A DNA stretch of 64,000 bases from a bacterium (GCA_041640655.1 JBEPZV010000002.1:32001-96000), one strand, 5' to 3'; shown: positions 44,146 to 55,633, numbered from the stretch's first letter. Notes: generated from the letters alone by a model not told the origin. Program-made: numbers and translations.

Positions 44146-45051
44146 TCACGGCATCTCCCGCTCCCGAATTCGCGAAGGCGGGGGGGAAGCTTCGTCCAAA
44201 AGCTGCGTCGTCCCCTCGGCCACAGATATTGGGGATGGGGCTCCTTCCAGAAGTTGCGTCGTCCCCTCGGTCACGGAGAACGCGCCGGAAGGGAGAGGCG
44301 GCGCCGCGGGCTCTTCGCTCACGCGTGGCCGAAGCCCTCCCTTTGTTCTTCGGCGGCTCACCCCTTGCCGCAATCCATAAATCCCCCAAAGCAGGGGTCC
44401 CCATCCGAGCGCCCCAGCGAGAAGTCCCAGAAAGATCACGAACCTTTCGAGCTTCGCCGGGAGATCGGAGAGGAGAAGGGCGAGACAAACGGTCATGAGC
44501 GCCAAGCCTGCGCTCCCTGTAAGGAGCGCCAGATATGCTGCGCGATTTCTCGCTACAAGGTTCAGAACGTCCAGCTCGGCCGGCTCTAAGACGGCCAGCA
44601 GCGCGCCGCATCGTCGGCAAAATCGCGAACCCGCGGGATTCTCCCCACCGCATCTCGTGCAGAGCGGTGCTCGGGCGCCTTGCAGCGCGACTGCTGCGAT
44701 CGCCTCCGCCTCCTGCGCGAAAACGGGCAGATCGCCCTTCGTGATCCATCCCAATCCCGAGTGCTTGAGCGAATAACTGAACGTCACCTGTGTCGCCTGC
44801 TCCCCCGCCGGCTTGAACCCGATGTGAAGGGACAACGGATACTTCAGGACGTTCAAAGAGAAGCTGGTGCCGCCGCGTCGCGCCTGGAGCGGCTCTTCGC
44901 TCACCACGTGATACCCCACTCGCTCAAGCGCCCGCGCCAGTTGCGGTCGGAGACGCTCGACCGTCCCCGGCACCACCAGCTTCACGTCGCATTCGGCCGA
45001 ATCCAGCCCAAACCGATAACTGATCACCTCGGCCTGAAGCCTGACGCTCAT
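44146..45051 (-). CDS. Zinc-ribbon-domain membrane protein
   Basis: CTRCG...FCRRCG, two TM helices, duplicated C-terminal SVxEGTTQLL. Confidence 0.78.
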   Translation of the reverse strand: MSVRLQAEVISYRFGLDSAECDVKLVVPGTVERLRPQLARALERVGYHVVSEEPLQARRGGTSFSLNVLKYPLSLHIGFKPAGEQATQVTFSYSLKHSGLGWITKGDLPVFAQEAEAIAAVALQGARAPLCTRCGGENPAGSRFCRRCGALLAVLEPAELDVLNLVARNRAAYLALLTGSAGLALMTVCLALLLSDLPAKLERFVIFLGLLAGALGWGPLLWGIYGLRQGVSRRRTKGGLRPRVSEEPAAPPLPSGAFSVTEGTTQLLEGAPSPISVAEGTTQLLDEASPPPSRIREREMP

Positions 45052-45195
45052 CTCGTCCTCCGTGTTCTCCGGCCGGGTTTATACCACAGACACAGGCGGC
45101 GAACAAGCCAACACTCGTATTGTCCGCGCGCGTTCGGAATCCACCTTGACGCCGGCTCCGAAGACCGTTTAACGTTAAGTGTCTGCTGAGGGGTC

Positions 45196-46188
45196 ATGTC
45201 GGACGCGCTGACCGAACTGATCGAGAGCATCCGCGCCCAAGACACGCGGGCCATTGCCCGGGCGATCTCGTTGGTGGAAAATGACGGAGCCCAAGCTCTG
45301 GCTCTTCTCCAACGGCTCTTCCCCTACACGGGGCGAGCCGTAGTCCTGGGCGTGACGGGATCGCCGGGCGTCGGCAAGAGCACGCTCGTGGATCGCCTGG
45401 CGCAGTATTATCGGGTTCGCGGAGAGACCGTGGGGATCATTGCCGTAGATCCCTCGAGCCCCTTCACCGGTGGGGCGATCCTCGGCGATCGCATTCGGAT
45501 GCACGCGCTCGGGACTGATCCCGGCGTCTTCATCCGCTCGATGGCCACGCGCGGGAATTTGGGGGGCCTGGCCCGCGCGACCGGAGATGCCATCCTCATC
45601 CTCGATGCCGCCGGCTATGAGAAGGTGATCGTGGAGACCGTCGGCGTCGGCCAGGGTGAAGTGGACATCGTGAAGACGGCCGATGTGACGATCGTCGTCC
45701 TCATGCCGGGACTCGGCGATGACGTGCAGACGATCAAAGCGGGATTGATGGAGATCGGCGATGTCTTCGTCATCAACAAGGCCGATCGTGAGGGCGTCTC
45801 GCGCATCGAGAGCGAGCTGAACGCCATGCTCGCCATTGCCGAACGGCGCGATGGATGGCACCCGCCGATCGTCAAGACGATCGCGACCGAAGGCCAGGGG
45901 ATCGAAGAGCTGGGAAACGCCATCGCGCGCTTCCTGGAATTCCGCGAGCGCAGTCCACAAGCCGACCGGCGACGTCAGGAGATGGCCGAACAGCGATTGC
46001 ACGCGCTGCTGCGGGATCGGCTCTTCGACTTCGCCCTGCGCTCTCTCACGACGGCCGAAGAGATGACCCGATGGGCTGCCGAGATCGCCCGTCGTGAACG
46101 CGATCCCTACTCCATTGTGGAGGAGATCCTGAAGCGGTGTGGGAGACCGGCGTCCACGCCCCTTTCGATCCCAGAGCGAGGGGACTGA
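45196..46188 (+). CDS. meaB: Methylmalonyl-CoA mutase-associated GTPase
   Basis: GSPGVGKST, AVDPSSPFTGGAILGDRIRM, ETVGVGQ, NKAD. Confidence 0.95.
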   Translation: MSDALTELIESIRAQDTRAIARAISLVENDGAQALALLQRLFPYTGRAVVLGVTGSPGVGKSTLVDRLAQYYRVRGETVGIIAVDPSSPFTGGAILGDRIRMHALGTDPGVFIRSMATRGNLGGLARATGDAILILDAAGYEKVIVETVGVGQGEVDIVKTADVTIVVLMPGLGDDVQTIKAGLMEIGDVFVINKADREGVSRIESELNAMLAIAERRDGWHPPIVKTIATEGQGIEELGNAIARFLEFRERSPQADRRRQEMAEQRLHALLRDRLFDFALRSLTTAEEMTRWAAEIARRERDPYSIVEEILKRCGRPASTPLSIPERGD

Positions 46189-46192
46189 ACCG

Positions 46193-46606
46193 ATGCGACT
46201 GGATCACATCGCCATCGCCGTGCGTTCGCTCGATGAGGCGCTCCCGTTTTACACGGAGGCCCTCGGATTGACCTGCACCGGACAAGAGATCATCGCCGAG
46301 CAAGGCGTTCGCCTGGCTATGCTCCCGGTGGGCGAAGGGCGCCTGGAGCTACTCGAACCGCTCAGCGAGAATTCGCCCGTCGGCCGATTCCTGGCGCGAC
46401 GCGGCGAAGGCTTGCACCACATCTGCCTCCAGGTGGACGACATCGAGCGCGCTCTCGCCCATCTGCGCGCGCGGGGAATTCGCCTCGTGGATGAAGAGCC
46501 GCGCTGTGGAGCGGAGGGACGCAAGATCGCCTTCCTGCACCCGGCGAGCGCGCACGGGGTGCTCATCGAACTGGTCGAAGTTCCGAAGGAGGAGCAAGAG
46601 CCGTGA
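46193..46606 (+). CDS. mce: Methylmalonyl-CoA epimerase
   Basis: DHIAIAV, GEGLHHIC, AFLHP...GVLIELVE; adjacent to meaB. Confidence 0.92.
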   Translation: MRLDHIAIAVRSLDEALPFYTEALGLTCTGQEIIAEQGVRLAMLPVGEGRLELLEPLSENSPVGRFLARRGEGLHHICLQVDDIERALAHLRARGIRLVDEEPRCGAEGRKIAFLHPASAHGVLIELVEVPKEEQEP

Positions 46607-47721
46607 GACTCTCGACGCGAGCCGTAGGGCTCATCGCCATGGTCGTGGGGATCGCCGCCGCCGCCGTCCTCGTCCAACGCCGCCTCGCAGACCATCCCCC
46701 GCTCGCTCACCTCTCGGCTGCAGACATCGAGACGCTGCTTGAAGGCATGCCCGAATCACGGCGCGCCTTCTTCTCCACGCCGGAAGGTCGGCAGCAACTC
46801 GCCGAGCAACTCCGACAAGCGCTCGCCATGGCGCAGGAGGCCCGACGGATCGGGTTGTTAGGACGAACGGAAGTCGCCGCCCAAGTGGAGATTCAAAAGC
46901 TCACCCTCTTGGCCTCCGCGTATCGCGAGCGGCATCCCGACCTGGAGATCCCGGACGAAGAGATCGAGCGTCTCTTTCGGACGAATCCGACGGCGCTGGA
47001 TCAGGTGTTCGCAGCTAATCCCCAACTCTCCCGGAGCGCGCTCAACGAGCAGGTGCGCCGCCAGTATGGCGAGCTTCTCCTGCTGGCCGAACGCGCGCGC
47101 AAAGAGGGCCTGGATCGAGATCCGCGCGTCGCCCTTCAGCTCCGGGTCTTCCCCTCCTTCATCCTGCAGAGTTATCTTCTGCGCGAGCTGCAGCAACGCA
47201 CGTCCGTGAGCGAGGAGGAGATCCGTCGCTACTATGAGGAGCACAAGAACGAGTTCGAGCAGGTGCGCGCCCGACACATCCTCTTCAGCACGCGCCCGAT
47301 CGCGCGGGACGGGAATCCGCCGCCGGATAAGGAGACCGTGCGGCGCAAGGCGCAGGAGGTCTTGCGCCGGGCCCGCGCCGGAGAAGATTTCGCCACCCTC
47401 GCTCGAGAGTTCTCCGATGATCCGGGCTCGAAGGACAAAGGCGGAGATCTCGACTTCTTCGGGCGCGGCCGTATGGTGCGTGAGTTCGAGGATGCTGCCT
47501 TCGCCCTGCAGCCGGGACAGATCAGCGATCTCGTGGAGACGAGCTACGGCTTTCACATCATCAAAGTCGAGGCGCGACGTATCGCGCCGCTGGATGAGGA
47601 GACGCGGCTGCAGATCGAACAGACGATCCGACAGAAGAAGATTCAGGAACGGATCGCGCAGATCCTGGCGCGCTATCCCATCACGATCGAAGGCCTCTCG
47701 GCGGAGTCGCGCCATCCCTGA
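46603..47721 (+). CDS. PpiC/parvulin-type peptidyl-prolyl isomerase
   Basis: VRARHIL, SDDPGS..GGDL, MVREFE, YGFHIIKV; N-terminal anchor. Confidence 0.9.
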   Translation: MRLSTRAVGLIAMVVGIAAAAVLVQRRLADHPPLAHLSAADIETLLEGMPESRRAFFSTPEGRQQLAEQLRQALAMAQEARRIGLLGRTEVAAQVEIQKLTLLASAYRERHPDLEIPDEEIERLFRTNPTALDQVFAANPQLSRSALNEQVRRQYGELLLLAERARKEGLDRDPRVALQLRVFPSFILQSYLLRELQQRTSVSEEEIRRYYEEHKNEFEQVRARHILFSTRPIARDGNPPPDKETVRRKAQEVLRRARAGEDFATLAREFSDDPGSKDKGGDLDFFGRGRMVREFEDAAFALQPGQISDLVETSYGFHIIKVEARRIAPLDEETRLQIEQTIRQKKIQERIAQILARYPITIEGLSAESRHP

Positions 47722-47730
47722 CGGAGGCGA

Positions 47731-48591
47731 ATGCTCGTGACCGAATCCATCGTCCTGGGGAAGATGACGCTCGACGTGGTGAGCGATGGGACATGGCGGC
47801 TGGATGGGGGCATGATGTTCGGCATCGTCCCCAAAGTGCTCTGGGAACGGGTGGCTCCGGCTGATGAGAAGAACCGCATCCTCATGGGCCTGAACTGCCT
47901 GCTTGTGCGCACGGATCGGCACGTTGTCCTCGTGGACACGGGACTCGGCGACGTGTGGGATGAGAAGTTCCACCACATCTATGCTCCCCATCGTCCGCGC
48001 CCGCTGCTGGAGCAGCTCGCCGACCGAGGGCTCCGTCCCGAGGATATTGACATTGTCATCAACACGCACTTGCACTTCGATCATGCCGGGAACAACACGC
48101 GGCGTCAGGGTGAGCGGATCGTGCCGACCTTTCCGCGCGCCCGCTATGTCGTCCAGCGCGGCGAATACGAGCACGCCATGGCCCCGAACGAACGCGATCG
48201 CGCCAGCTATCGCGCCGTCACCTGGGAATCCGTCCGCGAGAGCGGACAGCTCGAATTGATCGAGGGCGATGCGGAGATCGTCCCGGGCGTCCGCGTCCTG
48301 AAGGTGCGCGGTCATAATCGCGATCTCCAGATCGTCCTCCTGCACTCGGAAGGTCAAACGGCGGTCTTCTGGAGCGACCTGATCCCCATGACACCGCATG
48401 TGCAGAGGCCGTGGATCGCCGCTCTGGACCACTATCCGCTGGAGACGCTCGAGCAGAAGCGTCGCCTGCTGCCACAGGCTGTGCGGGAGCGCTGGCTCTG
48501 CGTCTTCTATCACGATCCGCATCTCCCCGTCGGGCGCATCATCGAAGAGTCCGACGGGCGATTCCGGGTCGTCCCCATCACGGGAGGGTGA
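47731..48591 (+). CDS. MBL-fold metallo-hydrolase (YtnP-like)
   Basis: [21 protein letters not shown]. Confidence 0.9.
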   Translation: MLVTESIVLGKMTLDVVSDGTWRLDGGMMFGIVPKVLWERVAPADEKNRILMGLNCLLVRTDRHVVLVDTGLGDVWDEKFHHIYAPHRPRPLLEQLADRGLRPEDIDIVINTHLHFDHAGNNTRRQGERIVPTFPRARYVVQRGEYEHAMAPNERDRASYRAVTWESVRESGQLELIEGDAEIVPGVRVLKVRGHNRDLQIVLLHSEGQTAVFWSDLIPMTPHVQRPWIAALDHYPLETLEQKRRLLPQAVRERWLCVFYHDPHLPVGRIIEESDGRFRVVPITGG

Positions 48592-48592
48592 G

Positions 48593-49471
48593 ATGTCGGA
48601 AGCCACGATCGGCATCATCGGCGGCAGCGGATTCTATGAGATGGAGGGCTTGCGCGACGTCGAGGAGATCACCGTGGACACGCCCTTCGGCAAGCCTTCG
48701 GACGCCTTCCTCCTGGGCACGCTCGAAGGCGTGCGCGTCGCGTTCCTGGCGCGGCACGGGCGCGGCCACCGGCTCATGCCGACCGAGCTGCCCTTCCGCG
48801 CGAACATCTACGCGATGAAGCTGCTCGGCGTCGAACGCATCATCTCGGTGAGCGCCGTCGGCTCCCTGCAAGAGAAATACGCGCCGCTGGACATCGTCAT
48901 TCCGGATCAATTCTTCGATCGGACGCGCCAACGACCCTCCACGTTCTTCGGCGACGGGATCGTGGCACACATCTCCTTCGCCGATCCCGTCTGTCCGGTC
49001 GTCAGCGATGCGCTCGAACGCGCGGCTCGGCAGATCGAAGGCCTGCGCGTGCATCGCGGGGGGACGTACGTGTGCATCGAAGGACCGGCCTTCTCGACTC
49101 GCGCCGAATCGCACGTCTATCGCGCCTGGGGGATGGACATCATTGGGATGACGAATCTGCAAGAGGCCAAACTCGCTCGCGAGGCGGAGATCTGCTACGC
49201 GACGCTGGCCCTGGTGACCGATTACGACTGCTGGCATCCCGATCACGATTCGGTCACCGTCGAGATGGTGCTCGAGTATCTCAACCGCAATACGGCCAAC
49301 GCCAAACGCATCGTCCGAACGGCCGTCGCGCTGCTCGCGGAGGCGAGCGGCGCCTGCCGCTGTCAATCGGCACTACGACACGCCATTCAAACGGATCGCG
49401 CCGCGATCCCTCCGGAGACCTTGCGGCGACTCTCGGCGATCCTGCGCAAATATTTCCCCATCGAGGAGTGA
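48593..49471 (+). CDS. mtnP: S-methyl-5'-thioadenosine phosphorylase
   Basis: [31 protein letters not shown]. Confidence 0.94.
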   Translation: MSEATIGIIGGSGFYEMEGLRDVEEITVDTPFGKPSDAFLLGTLEGVRVAFLARHGRGHRLMPTELPFRANIYAMKLLGVERIISVSAVGSLQEKYAPLDIVIPDQFFDRTRQRPSTFFGDGIVAHISFADPVCPVVSDALERAARQIEGLRVHRGGTYVCIEGPAFSTRAESHVYRAWGMDIIGMTNLQEAKLAREAEICYATLALVTDYDCWHPDHDSVTVEMVLEYLNRNTANAKRIVRTAVALLAEASGACRCQSALRHAIQTDRAAIPPETLRRLSAILRKYFPIEE

Positions 49472-49475
49472 GCCT

Positions 49476-49976
49476 ATGCGAGATCGGGAGCACCGGCGAA
49501 GGGGGCGATCCTCCCCCCACGTTCTGATGGCGATCGGCGCTGGCGCGCGCCGGGGATTCCCCTTCACCGGCATGGCGCGCGCGCTCAGCTTGGGACTCAC
49601 CCTCGTGCTCCTTCCGCCCCTGGCGCTCGCCGCGCGCCAAGGAAGCGTCTCGCGTGGTCCCTTGCTCGATCCCCGCAACCCGGAACTCGAACGCGCGGCG
49701 CAGCACGATCTGGAAGTCGCACGCTTCTACATCAAACGGAAGAAGTGGAAAGCCGCCGAAGGCCGCTTGCAAGCCATTGTGCGCGATCATCCGGCCTTCT
49801 CGCGCATCGTGGAGGTCTATTTCTTGCTCGGCGAAGTCTATCGGCAGACGGGACAGCGCGATCTCGCCGTGGAACTCTACTCGCGCGTCATCGAGGAATT
49901 CCCTGAACACGAACTCGCCACGCGCGCCCGCGAGCGCCTGCGCGACTTGGGCGCCTCCCCGATCAAAGGGGGATGA
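49476..49976 (+). CDS. TPR protein, BamD/YfiO-like
   Basis: LEVARFY...AAEGRLQ TPR pattern; start may be 49572. Confidence 0.72.
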   Translation: MRDREHRRRGRSSPHVLMAIGAGARRGFPFTGMARALSLGLTLVLLPPLALAARQGSVSRGPLLDPRNPELERAAQHDLEVARFYIKRKKWKAAEGRLQAIVRDHPAFSRIVEVYFLLGEVYRQTGQRDLAVELYSRVIEEFPEHELATRARERLRDLGASPIKGG

Positions 49977-50000
49977 TCGCCGGAAGCCACCTCTAGGAAC

Positions 50001-50744
50001 TCAGAGGCCGAGCACCGCCCCCAACTCGTCCAACCGCGAGATGACGTAATCGGGATCCACGACATCGTCCGGCACCTCCTCGCCCCGCCGGTTCAACCAA
50101 GCCGCGTCCATGCCGATGCTCTTCGCGCCGAGGATGTCCGCCTCGAAGGTGTCGCCGACAAACAGCGCCTCGCGCGGGGAGACGCCCAACGGCGCGAGCG
50201 CTCGAAAGAAGATCTCCCGATGGGGCTTGCGCCATGGGACCTCGGCGGAGATGACGATCGTCTCAAAGAGATCGTGAATCCCGAAATCGCGCAGGATGCG
50301 ACGCGCCGTCGGTGGATGATCGAAATTCGAGACGAGCCCGAGCCGAAAGCGCTCCCTCGCGCGGACGAGAAGCCGACGGTTCTCCTCAGGCAAGTCGGCG
50401 CCGCGCGCCCACGTCTCCATATGCGCCTGCACCAAGCGCTCGACAACATCCTCCGACAGGGAATCCAACTGCAACAGTTCGAGCAGGTGTCGGAATCGAA
50501 CCTGCGAAGGATATTCTCGCAATTCCGTCTTGCGGCGCGCCTCCATCTGGCGCCACGATTCTCGAAAGGCGTCGTAGAAGACATCGAAGGTGATATGGGG
50601 AGCGTACTCGCGCAGGACATCATAGACGACCCCACTCGTCGAGAAGAGCGTCTGCTCGCCGATGCGGACCTGCGGCAAGCGCTCGGCATGGAAATCCACG
50701 ACCGTGTCGAACAAGTCGAAGAGGATCGCGCGATACGTCTTCAT
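50001..50744 (-). CDS. HAD family hydrolase
   Basis: FDLFDT, VSN, RKP, VGDTFEADI. Confidence 0.9.
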   Translation of the reverse strand: MKTYRAILFDLFDTVVDFHAERLPQVRIGEQTLFSTSGVVYDVLREYAPHITFDVFYDAFRESWRQMEARRKTELREYPSQVRFRHLLELLQLDSLSEDVVERLVQAHMETWARGADLPEENRRLLVRARERFRLGLVSNFDHPPTARRILRDFGIHDLFETIVISAEVPWRKPHREIFFRALAPLGVSPREALFVGDTFEADILGAKSIGMDAAWLNRRGEEVPDDVVDPDYVISRLDELGAVLGL

Positions 50745-51262
50745 AGGCGCTCCGACCGATCCCCTCGCGACAGCAGCGCGAAGGCCACGGCGACGGCTTC
50801 CTCAGGTGTCTCCACCACGCGCAGGACGCCTCCGGCCTCTCCAAACGGAGACTCGAACCGCCAAGAATGAAGGAGGACAACGGGCTTCCCCACCTTCAGG
50901 GCGAGGGCGATCTCCGAGAGCGTGCCGTATCCGCCGGCGATGGCGATGATGGCGTCCGCCGCGCGCACGTTGATGACGTTGCGCGCTTCGGACAAGCCGG
51001 TGAAGATCGCGATCTGAATGTACGGATTCGGTGGCGACTCGCGCTCACTCCCTCCGGGAAGAATCCCGACGGTGATCCCGCCGGCTTCCCAGGCTCCGCG
51101 CGCAGCCGCTTCCATCACGCCCCCCAATCCCCCGCAGAGCAGAACGGCACCGCGCTCGGCGATGAGCCGACCGACGGCGCGCGCCTGCTCATAGATGGCG
51201 GGATCGCATTGCGCGCTCCCCATGACGCCGATGATCACACGTCGCACGCCTCTCGGGCTCAT
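50741..51262 (-). CDS. TIGR00725-type LOG-family protein
   Basis: CGGLGGVMEA, GILPG, GGYGTLSEIA. Confidence 0.88.
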   Translation of the reverse strand: MSPRGVRRVIIGVMGSAQCDPAIYEQARAVGRLIAERGAVLLCGGLGGVMEAAARGAWEAGGITVGILPGGSERESPPNPYIQIAIFTGLSEARNVINVRAADAIIAIAGGYGTLSEIALALKVGKPVVLLHSWRFESPFGEAGGVLRVVETPEEAVAVAFALLSRGDRSERL

Positions 51263-51425
51263 ATGCGAAGCAGCAATTGTAACCGCACGCCCACCGAACG
51301 AGCAATCACCAGCGATGACGCGCCCGCGACCTCGCGCTATTATTGAGCGGTGAGCGGAGGTCTTGCGCGAACGATCCGCACCATCGAGCGCGGGCCTTGC
51401 TCAATGTCAGTCTGAGGAGCTGCCC

Positions 51426-51731
51426 ATGCGGAAGAGAAACCGACGAGATGTGGAGCGAACATATTCGAAGGAGGCGTTCATCGCTCAGCTCCGGCGCCTG
51501 GCCGATGCCCTGGAACAGGGGAGAGCGTTCCGCATTCGCGTAGCGGGCGAGCGCGTGCGCATCCCGGCGCGCGCGACCTTCAGCATCGAGCACGAGCGCG
51601 AGCGAGGAGTGGAGGAGTTGGAGTTCCAAGTGCGATGGACGCGTTCCACTCCCGGACCATCATCGCGAAGGCAGCGCCGAGGCACGCGCCGCGCGCGTTC
51701 CTCCGCGAGAGCGGGCGAGCGCGCCACTTGA
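51426..51731 (+). CDS. Amphi-Trp domain protein
   Basis: LRRLADALE...IEHERE...ELEFQVRW. Confidence 0.8.
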   Translation: MRKRNRRDVERTYSKEAFIAQLRRLADALEQGRAFRIRVAGERVRIPARATFSIEHERERGVEELEFQVRWTRSTPGPSSRRQRRGTRRARSSARAGERAT

Positions 51732-51780
51732 ACATTCCAGCGAGCCTCGCCACAATCTTAGGGTCAAGGGGAGGGATCGC

Positions 51781-53196
51781 ATGAACCGATGGTTCTTCGG
51801 AGCGATCGTGAGCGCATGCATGCTCGGTGGAGGATCACCGGGCCTCCACGACGTCGGGGGCGTTGATGCTCCGACCGCCTCACCGTCGCTGCAACAGACG
51901 GAGGGATCGGCCTTCCTGAACGCCTACTACGATTCTCTCCTCAACGGCCTTCAGGTCATCCTCGTGCAACGCCCCGAGGCCTCTGAGGCCATCATGAGCC
52001 TCATGATCAAGAGCGGAGCGGCGTTCGATCGGGCGGGGAAATCGGGCACAGCGGCGCTGACGGCGCGCGCGATCTGGCTGGGAGCCGAAGACCTGAGCGG
52101 GGCGACGCTGAGGCAGCGACTCGCAGCGCTGGAAGCGACCGTTCACACGGACGTCACCTGGGATGCGACGACGATCACCGTCGAGGCCCCGGCGCGCAGT
52201 CTGCCGGAACTCATCCGCCTGATGGCGCGCGTCGTCTCGCGACCGACGTTCGAGGCCGAAGCGGTGGCAGCATTGAAAGCACAATTCCTCGAGGAGGTGA
52301 AGGCCAAGTCCGGCGATCTCTCCGAGGTCGCCGATCAGGATTGGTATCGCGCGCTCTATCATCCGCATCCGTACGCGCGCCCCCCCGAGGGTCTGCCGGA
52401 AGAGATCGCTGCGATCACCCCCCTGGATCTCGCGCGCCACCATGCGCGCTTTTTCATCGCCAACAATGCGACACTCGTCATCCTGAGTCCATTCGCTCCG
52501 GAGACGGTGATGCCCATCGTGCGCCCGAACTTCGGGGCCATGCTCAAGGGGAAGATCGTCCCTCCCACGTTCATCGCGCCCGCGCCGCTTCAGGGCGTGC
52601 GCATCCTCATCCGCGATCTGCCGGCAGCTCCGGTGGCGCACATTCGCCTGGGCGCTTTCGGTCTGGAGCGTTTCTCCGATGACTACGTCCCGGCCCTCGT
52701 GCTCGCCGAGGCCATCCGCCTGCGGCTGGAGCGCGCGCTCTCGGACATCGGGAATCCGGCGCCGCGCGCGCACTGTCGTTTCGACCTCCACACGCAGCGC
52801 GGCCCCTTCCTGCTCTCGCTCGCCGTCCCGAACGAACACATCGTCCCGACCCTACGGCGCGCCCTCCATGTGTTGACCGAGATACGCGCCGCAGGACCAA
52901 CTCCGGAGGAGCTAGCCGAAGCTCAACGGCGATGGAGCGAGCAGCTCGCGCCGGATGCGCTCTCTCCACGACAGTGGGTCGAGATGCTGCACCGCATCGA
53001 ACTCTACGGCCTGGGTCGAGACTACGTGCACCGCTTCCCCGCGCGGCTTCGCCGCGTGACCCGCGAAGATGTCGCGCGCGTGGCCGAGAAGTATCTCTCC
53101 CCGCAGCATCTGCTCATCGTCATCGTCGGACGGGCTCAAGGACTCTCTGATGCTCTGAAGGATCTCGGGATCGTGGAAGTGAAGGCCGGGACCTGA
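51781..53196 (+). CDS. M16 (pitrilysin) family protein lacking HxxEH
   Basis: LNGLQV, KSGAAFD..GKSGTAAL, HPY, VTREDV..VA. Confidence 0.85.
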   Translation: MNRWFFGAIVSACMLGGGSPGLHDVGGVDAPTASPSLQQTEGSAFLNAYYDSLLNGLQVILVQRPEASEAIMSLMIKSGAAFDRAGKSGTAALTARAIWLGAEDLSGATLRQRLAALEATVHTDVTWDATTITVEAPARSLPELIRLMARVVSRPTFEAEAVAALKAQFLEEVKAKSGDLSEVADQDWYRALYHPHPYARPPEGLPEEIAAITPLDLARHHARFFIANNATLVILSPFAPETVMPIVRPNFGAMLKGKIVPPTFIAPAPLQGVRILIRDLPAAPVAHIRLGAFGLERFSDDYVPALVLAEAIRLRLERALSDIGNPAPRAHCRFDLHTQRGPFLLSLAVPNEHIVPTLRRALHVLTEIRAAGPTPEELAEAQRRWSEQLAPDALSPRQWVEMLHRIELYGLGRDYVHRFPARLRRVTREDVARVAEKYLSPQHLLIVIVGRAQGLSDALKDLGIVEVKAGT

Positions 53197-53213
53197 ACGT
53201 CCCCGGCTGCACC

Positions 53214-54380
53214 TCACTCGCCATACGCCTCCACGGCGGCGGAGACGCCGGATCCGCAGCGCATCCCCTCGCCACGCAACACGCTCTCCAGAGCGCTCAG
53301 GAAGAGCAGGACGTTGCCGCGCGTGCTGCCGGCTCCCATCAAGCCCACGCGCCAGATCTTCCCGCGCAACGGCCCCAAGCCCCCACCGATCTCGATGTTG
53401 AACTCCTCGAGCAGGCGCGCGCGCACGCGCCCATCCTCCACGCCCTCCGGGACGCGAATCGTCGTGAGCGTCCACAACCGATGCTCGCGCGGGACCAGCA
53501 GCTCCAGCCCCATCGCTTCGAGCCCCGCCCAGAGCGCTCGAGCATTCCGCTCATGCCGTCGCCACCGCGCCTCCAATCCCTCCTCCGCGACGATGCGCAG
53601 CGCTTCGCGCAAGGCATAATTCATATTGATGGGAGCCGTATGATGATAGCACCGCTCGCTCCCCCAGTAGCGCTCAATGAGCGAGACATCGAGATACCAG
53701 TTCGGCACCGAGGTCTTCCGCCGCCGCACTTTCTCCAGCGCCGATTCGGAGAACGTGATCGGAGCCAGCCCCGGAGGGCAACTGAGCGCCTTCTGCGATC
53801 CCGAGTAACAGACGCCGATACCATGCCGATCCACGCCCACCGGATGCCCGCCGAGGCTCGTCACGGCATCCACGATGAGAATCCCCTCCCGTTCGGCGAC
53901 CCATCGCGCGATGGGTTCGATCGGCTGCAGCACGCCCGTCGAAGTCTCCGCATGCACCACGCAAACAACGCGCGCGCGCGAGCGATCGAGCGCCGCCTTC
54001 ATCGCTCGCTCATCAAGCGGACGCCCCCACTCCCCCTCCACGCGGATCGGGCGCGCGCCCAAGCGCGTGGCCATCTCGTACATCCGCTCCCCGAAGAATC
54101 CATGAATGCCGATGATGACTTCCTCATCCGGTTCCAGGAGGTTCGCCAACGCGGCCTCCATCCCGGCGCTCCCCGTCCCGGAGACCGGAAACGTGACCCG
54201 ATTCTGCGTCTCGAAGACATAGCGCAGCAGATGTTGCACATCAGTCATGCATGCGAGGAAAATCGGATCCAGATGTCCGAGAGTCGGCGCCGCCAGGGCG
54301 CGCATGACGCGATCCTCGACAGGGCTCGGCCCCGGGCCGAGCAATAGGCGACGTGGCGGATGGAATTCGGCGATCTTCAT
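53214..54380 (-). CDS. Alanine-glyoxylate/serine-pyruvate aminotransferase family (class V)
   Basis: [33 protein letters not shown]. Confidence 0.92.
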   Translation of the reverse strand: MKIAEFHPPRRLLLGPGPSPVEDRVMRALAAPTLGHLDPIFLACMTDVQHLLRYVFETQNRVTFPVSGTGSAGMEAALANLLEPDEEVIIGIHGFFGERMYEMATRLGARPIRVEGEWGRPLDERAMKAALDRSRARVVCVVHAETSTGVLQPIEPIARWVAEREGILIVDAVTSLGGHPVGVDRHGIGVCYSGSQKALSCPPGLAPITFSESALEKVRRRKTSVPNWYLDVSLIERYWGSERCYHHTAPINMNYALREALRIVAEEGLEARWRRHERNARALWAGLEAMGLELLVPREHRLWTLTTIRVPEGVEDGRVRARLLEEFNIEIGGGLGPLRGKIWRVGLMGAGSTRGNVLLFLSALESVLRGEGMRCGSGVSAAVEAYGE

Positions 54381-55633
54381 GACCCCTCCTTGAGCAGGTG
54401 AATGAGAAACCGCACAGGCGTTCCGAGCCCGATGGCCCGAGCGCCCGGATCAATCGGCTCCCCGCGCTCGCCCAATCGGGCTGTCAGAATACCGACGACT
54501 TTCCCCTCACGGTTGAAGATGGGGCTGCCGCTATAGCCCGGCATGACCGGTGCATCCAATTGCAGGAGCGTCGGCCCCACTTTGCTGATCGTGCTTCGGG
54601 TGAGCGTCGTCGTCGCGCGCTCCTGACCGGTCGTCTGCAGAAGCGCCGAACCGAGCGGAAATCCAATGATCACCACCTCATCCCCTTGCCGAAGGCGCGC
54701 CGGATCGGGCTCAAAGCCCGCGACGACCGGAAGCGGAATCGGCGCCTCCACCTTCAAGAGCGCCAGGTCCATCTCTCGCGACCACCGCAGCAGGCGAGCC
54801 TCCAGGGCCTCCTCGGGCGCGCGATCGGCGAAGATCACGCGCAGCGATTCGGTGACGGGCTTCTCCACCCCCTCCGAGAAGCGCGCATCGAACTCCCACG
54901 GGCGCACCAGATGATAATTGGTAGCGATCAGCCCCCGTGGATCCACGGCGAAGCCCGATCCCTCGCTCACCGCCGTGCTGAGCTCGCGCCCTCGCGCGTC
55001 GAGAATCCGGAAGTGATGCTGAATCAGCACGACGGCCGCTTGATTTCGCTCGGCGATGTGCGCGAAGGGATTCGCGTCATCCCCACGGGGCGCACGCGCG
55101 TCCCGCAAGAGGAATCCGACGAGGATCCCGATGACGGCGATCGCGCCAATGGCGAGGCCGACCATCCACCGCCGCCACACCCGCGCAGAGCGACGCACGG
55201 CACGCTCGATCATCCTCTGCACGGTCGCATGGCCCACCCGCCACACCGACGCCGAAGTCTCAATGAGCGTCGGCTCGGTCCACGTCGCTGAGACCGCCGG
55301 ATGCGCCTCCGGCATCGGAGCGAGGATCTCGATCACCACGCGCGGCCCCCGGCGACCGAACTGCACAAGATCGCCGCTGTGAATCCGCGCCCGATGCACG
55401 CGCACATCGTTCACATACGTGCCGTTGGTGCTCCCCAAATCCTCGATCACAACTCCCTCATCCGTGAGCAGGAGCGCAGCATGATGTGCCGAGGCTCGCA
55501 CATCCTGCGGACTGAGGCGCACATCGTTATCGGCAGCGCGCCCGAAGGTGATGCGCGGCTTGGACACAACCTCCTGCCGCCCCGCGTACCCCCCACTCAC
55601 ATGCGTGACGCGAATCTCCATACATCTGCTCAC
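54377..55633 (-). CDS. FHA domain-TM-trypsin-like serine protease
   Basis: [16 protein letters not shown] (FHA); TM helix; TNYH, DLALL, PGYSGSP catalytic triad motifs. Confidence 0.88.
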   Translation of the reverse strand: MSRCMEIRVTHVSGGYAGRQEVVSKPRITFGRAADNDVRLSPQDVRASAHHAALLLTDEGVVIEDLGSTNGTYVNDVRVHRARIHSGDLVQFGRRGPRVVIEILAPMPEAHPAVSATWTEPTLIETSASVWRVGHATVQRMIERAVRRSARVWRRWMVGLAIGAIAVIGILVGFLLRDARAPRGDDANPFAHIAERNQAAVVLIQHHFRILDARGRELSTAVSEGSGFAVDPRGLIATNYHLVRPWEFDARFSEGVEKPVTESLRVIFADRAPEEALEARLLRWSREMDLALLKVEAPIPLPVVAGFEPDPARLRQGDEVVIIGFPLGSALLQTTGQERATTTLTRSTISKVGPTLLQLDAPVMPGYSGSPIFNREGKVVGILTARLGERGEPIDPGARAIGLGTPVRFLIHLLKEGS

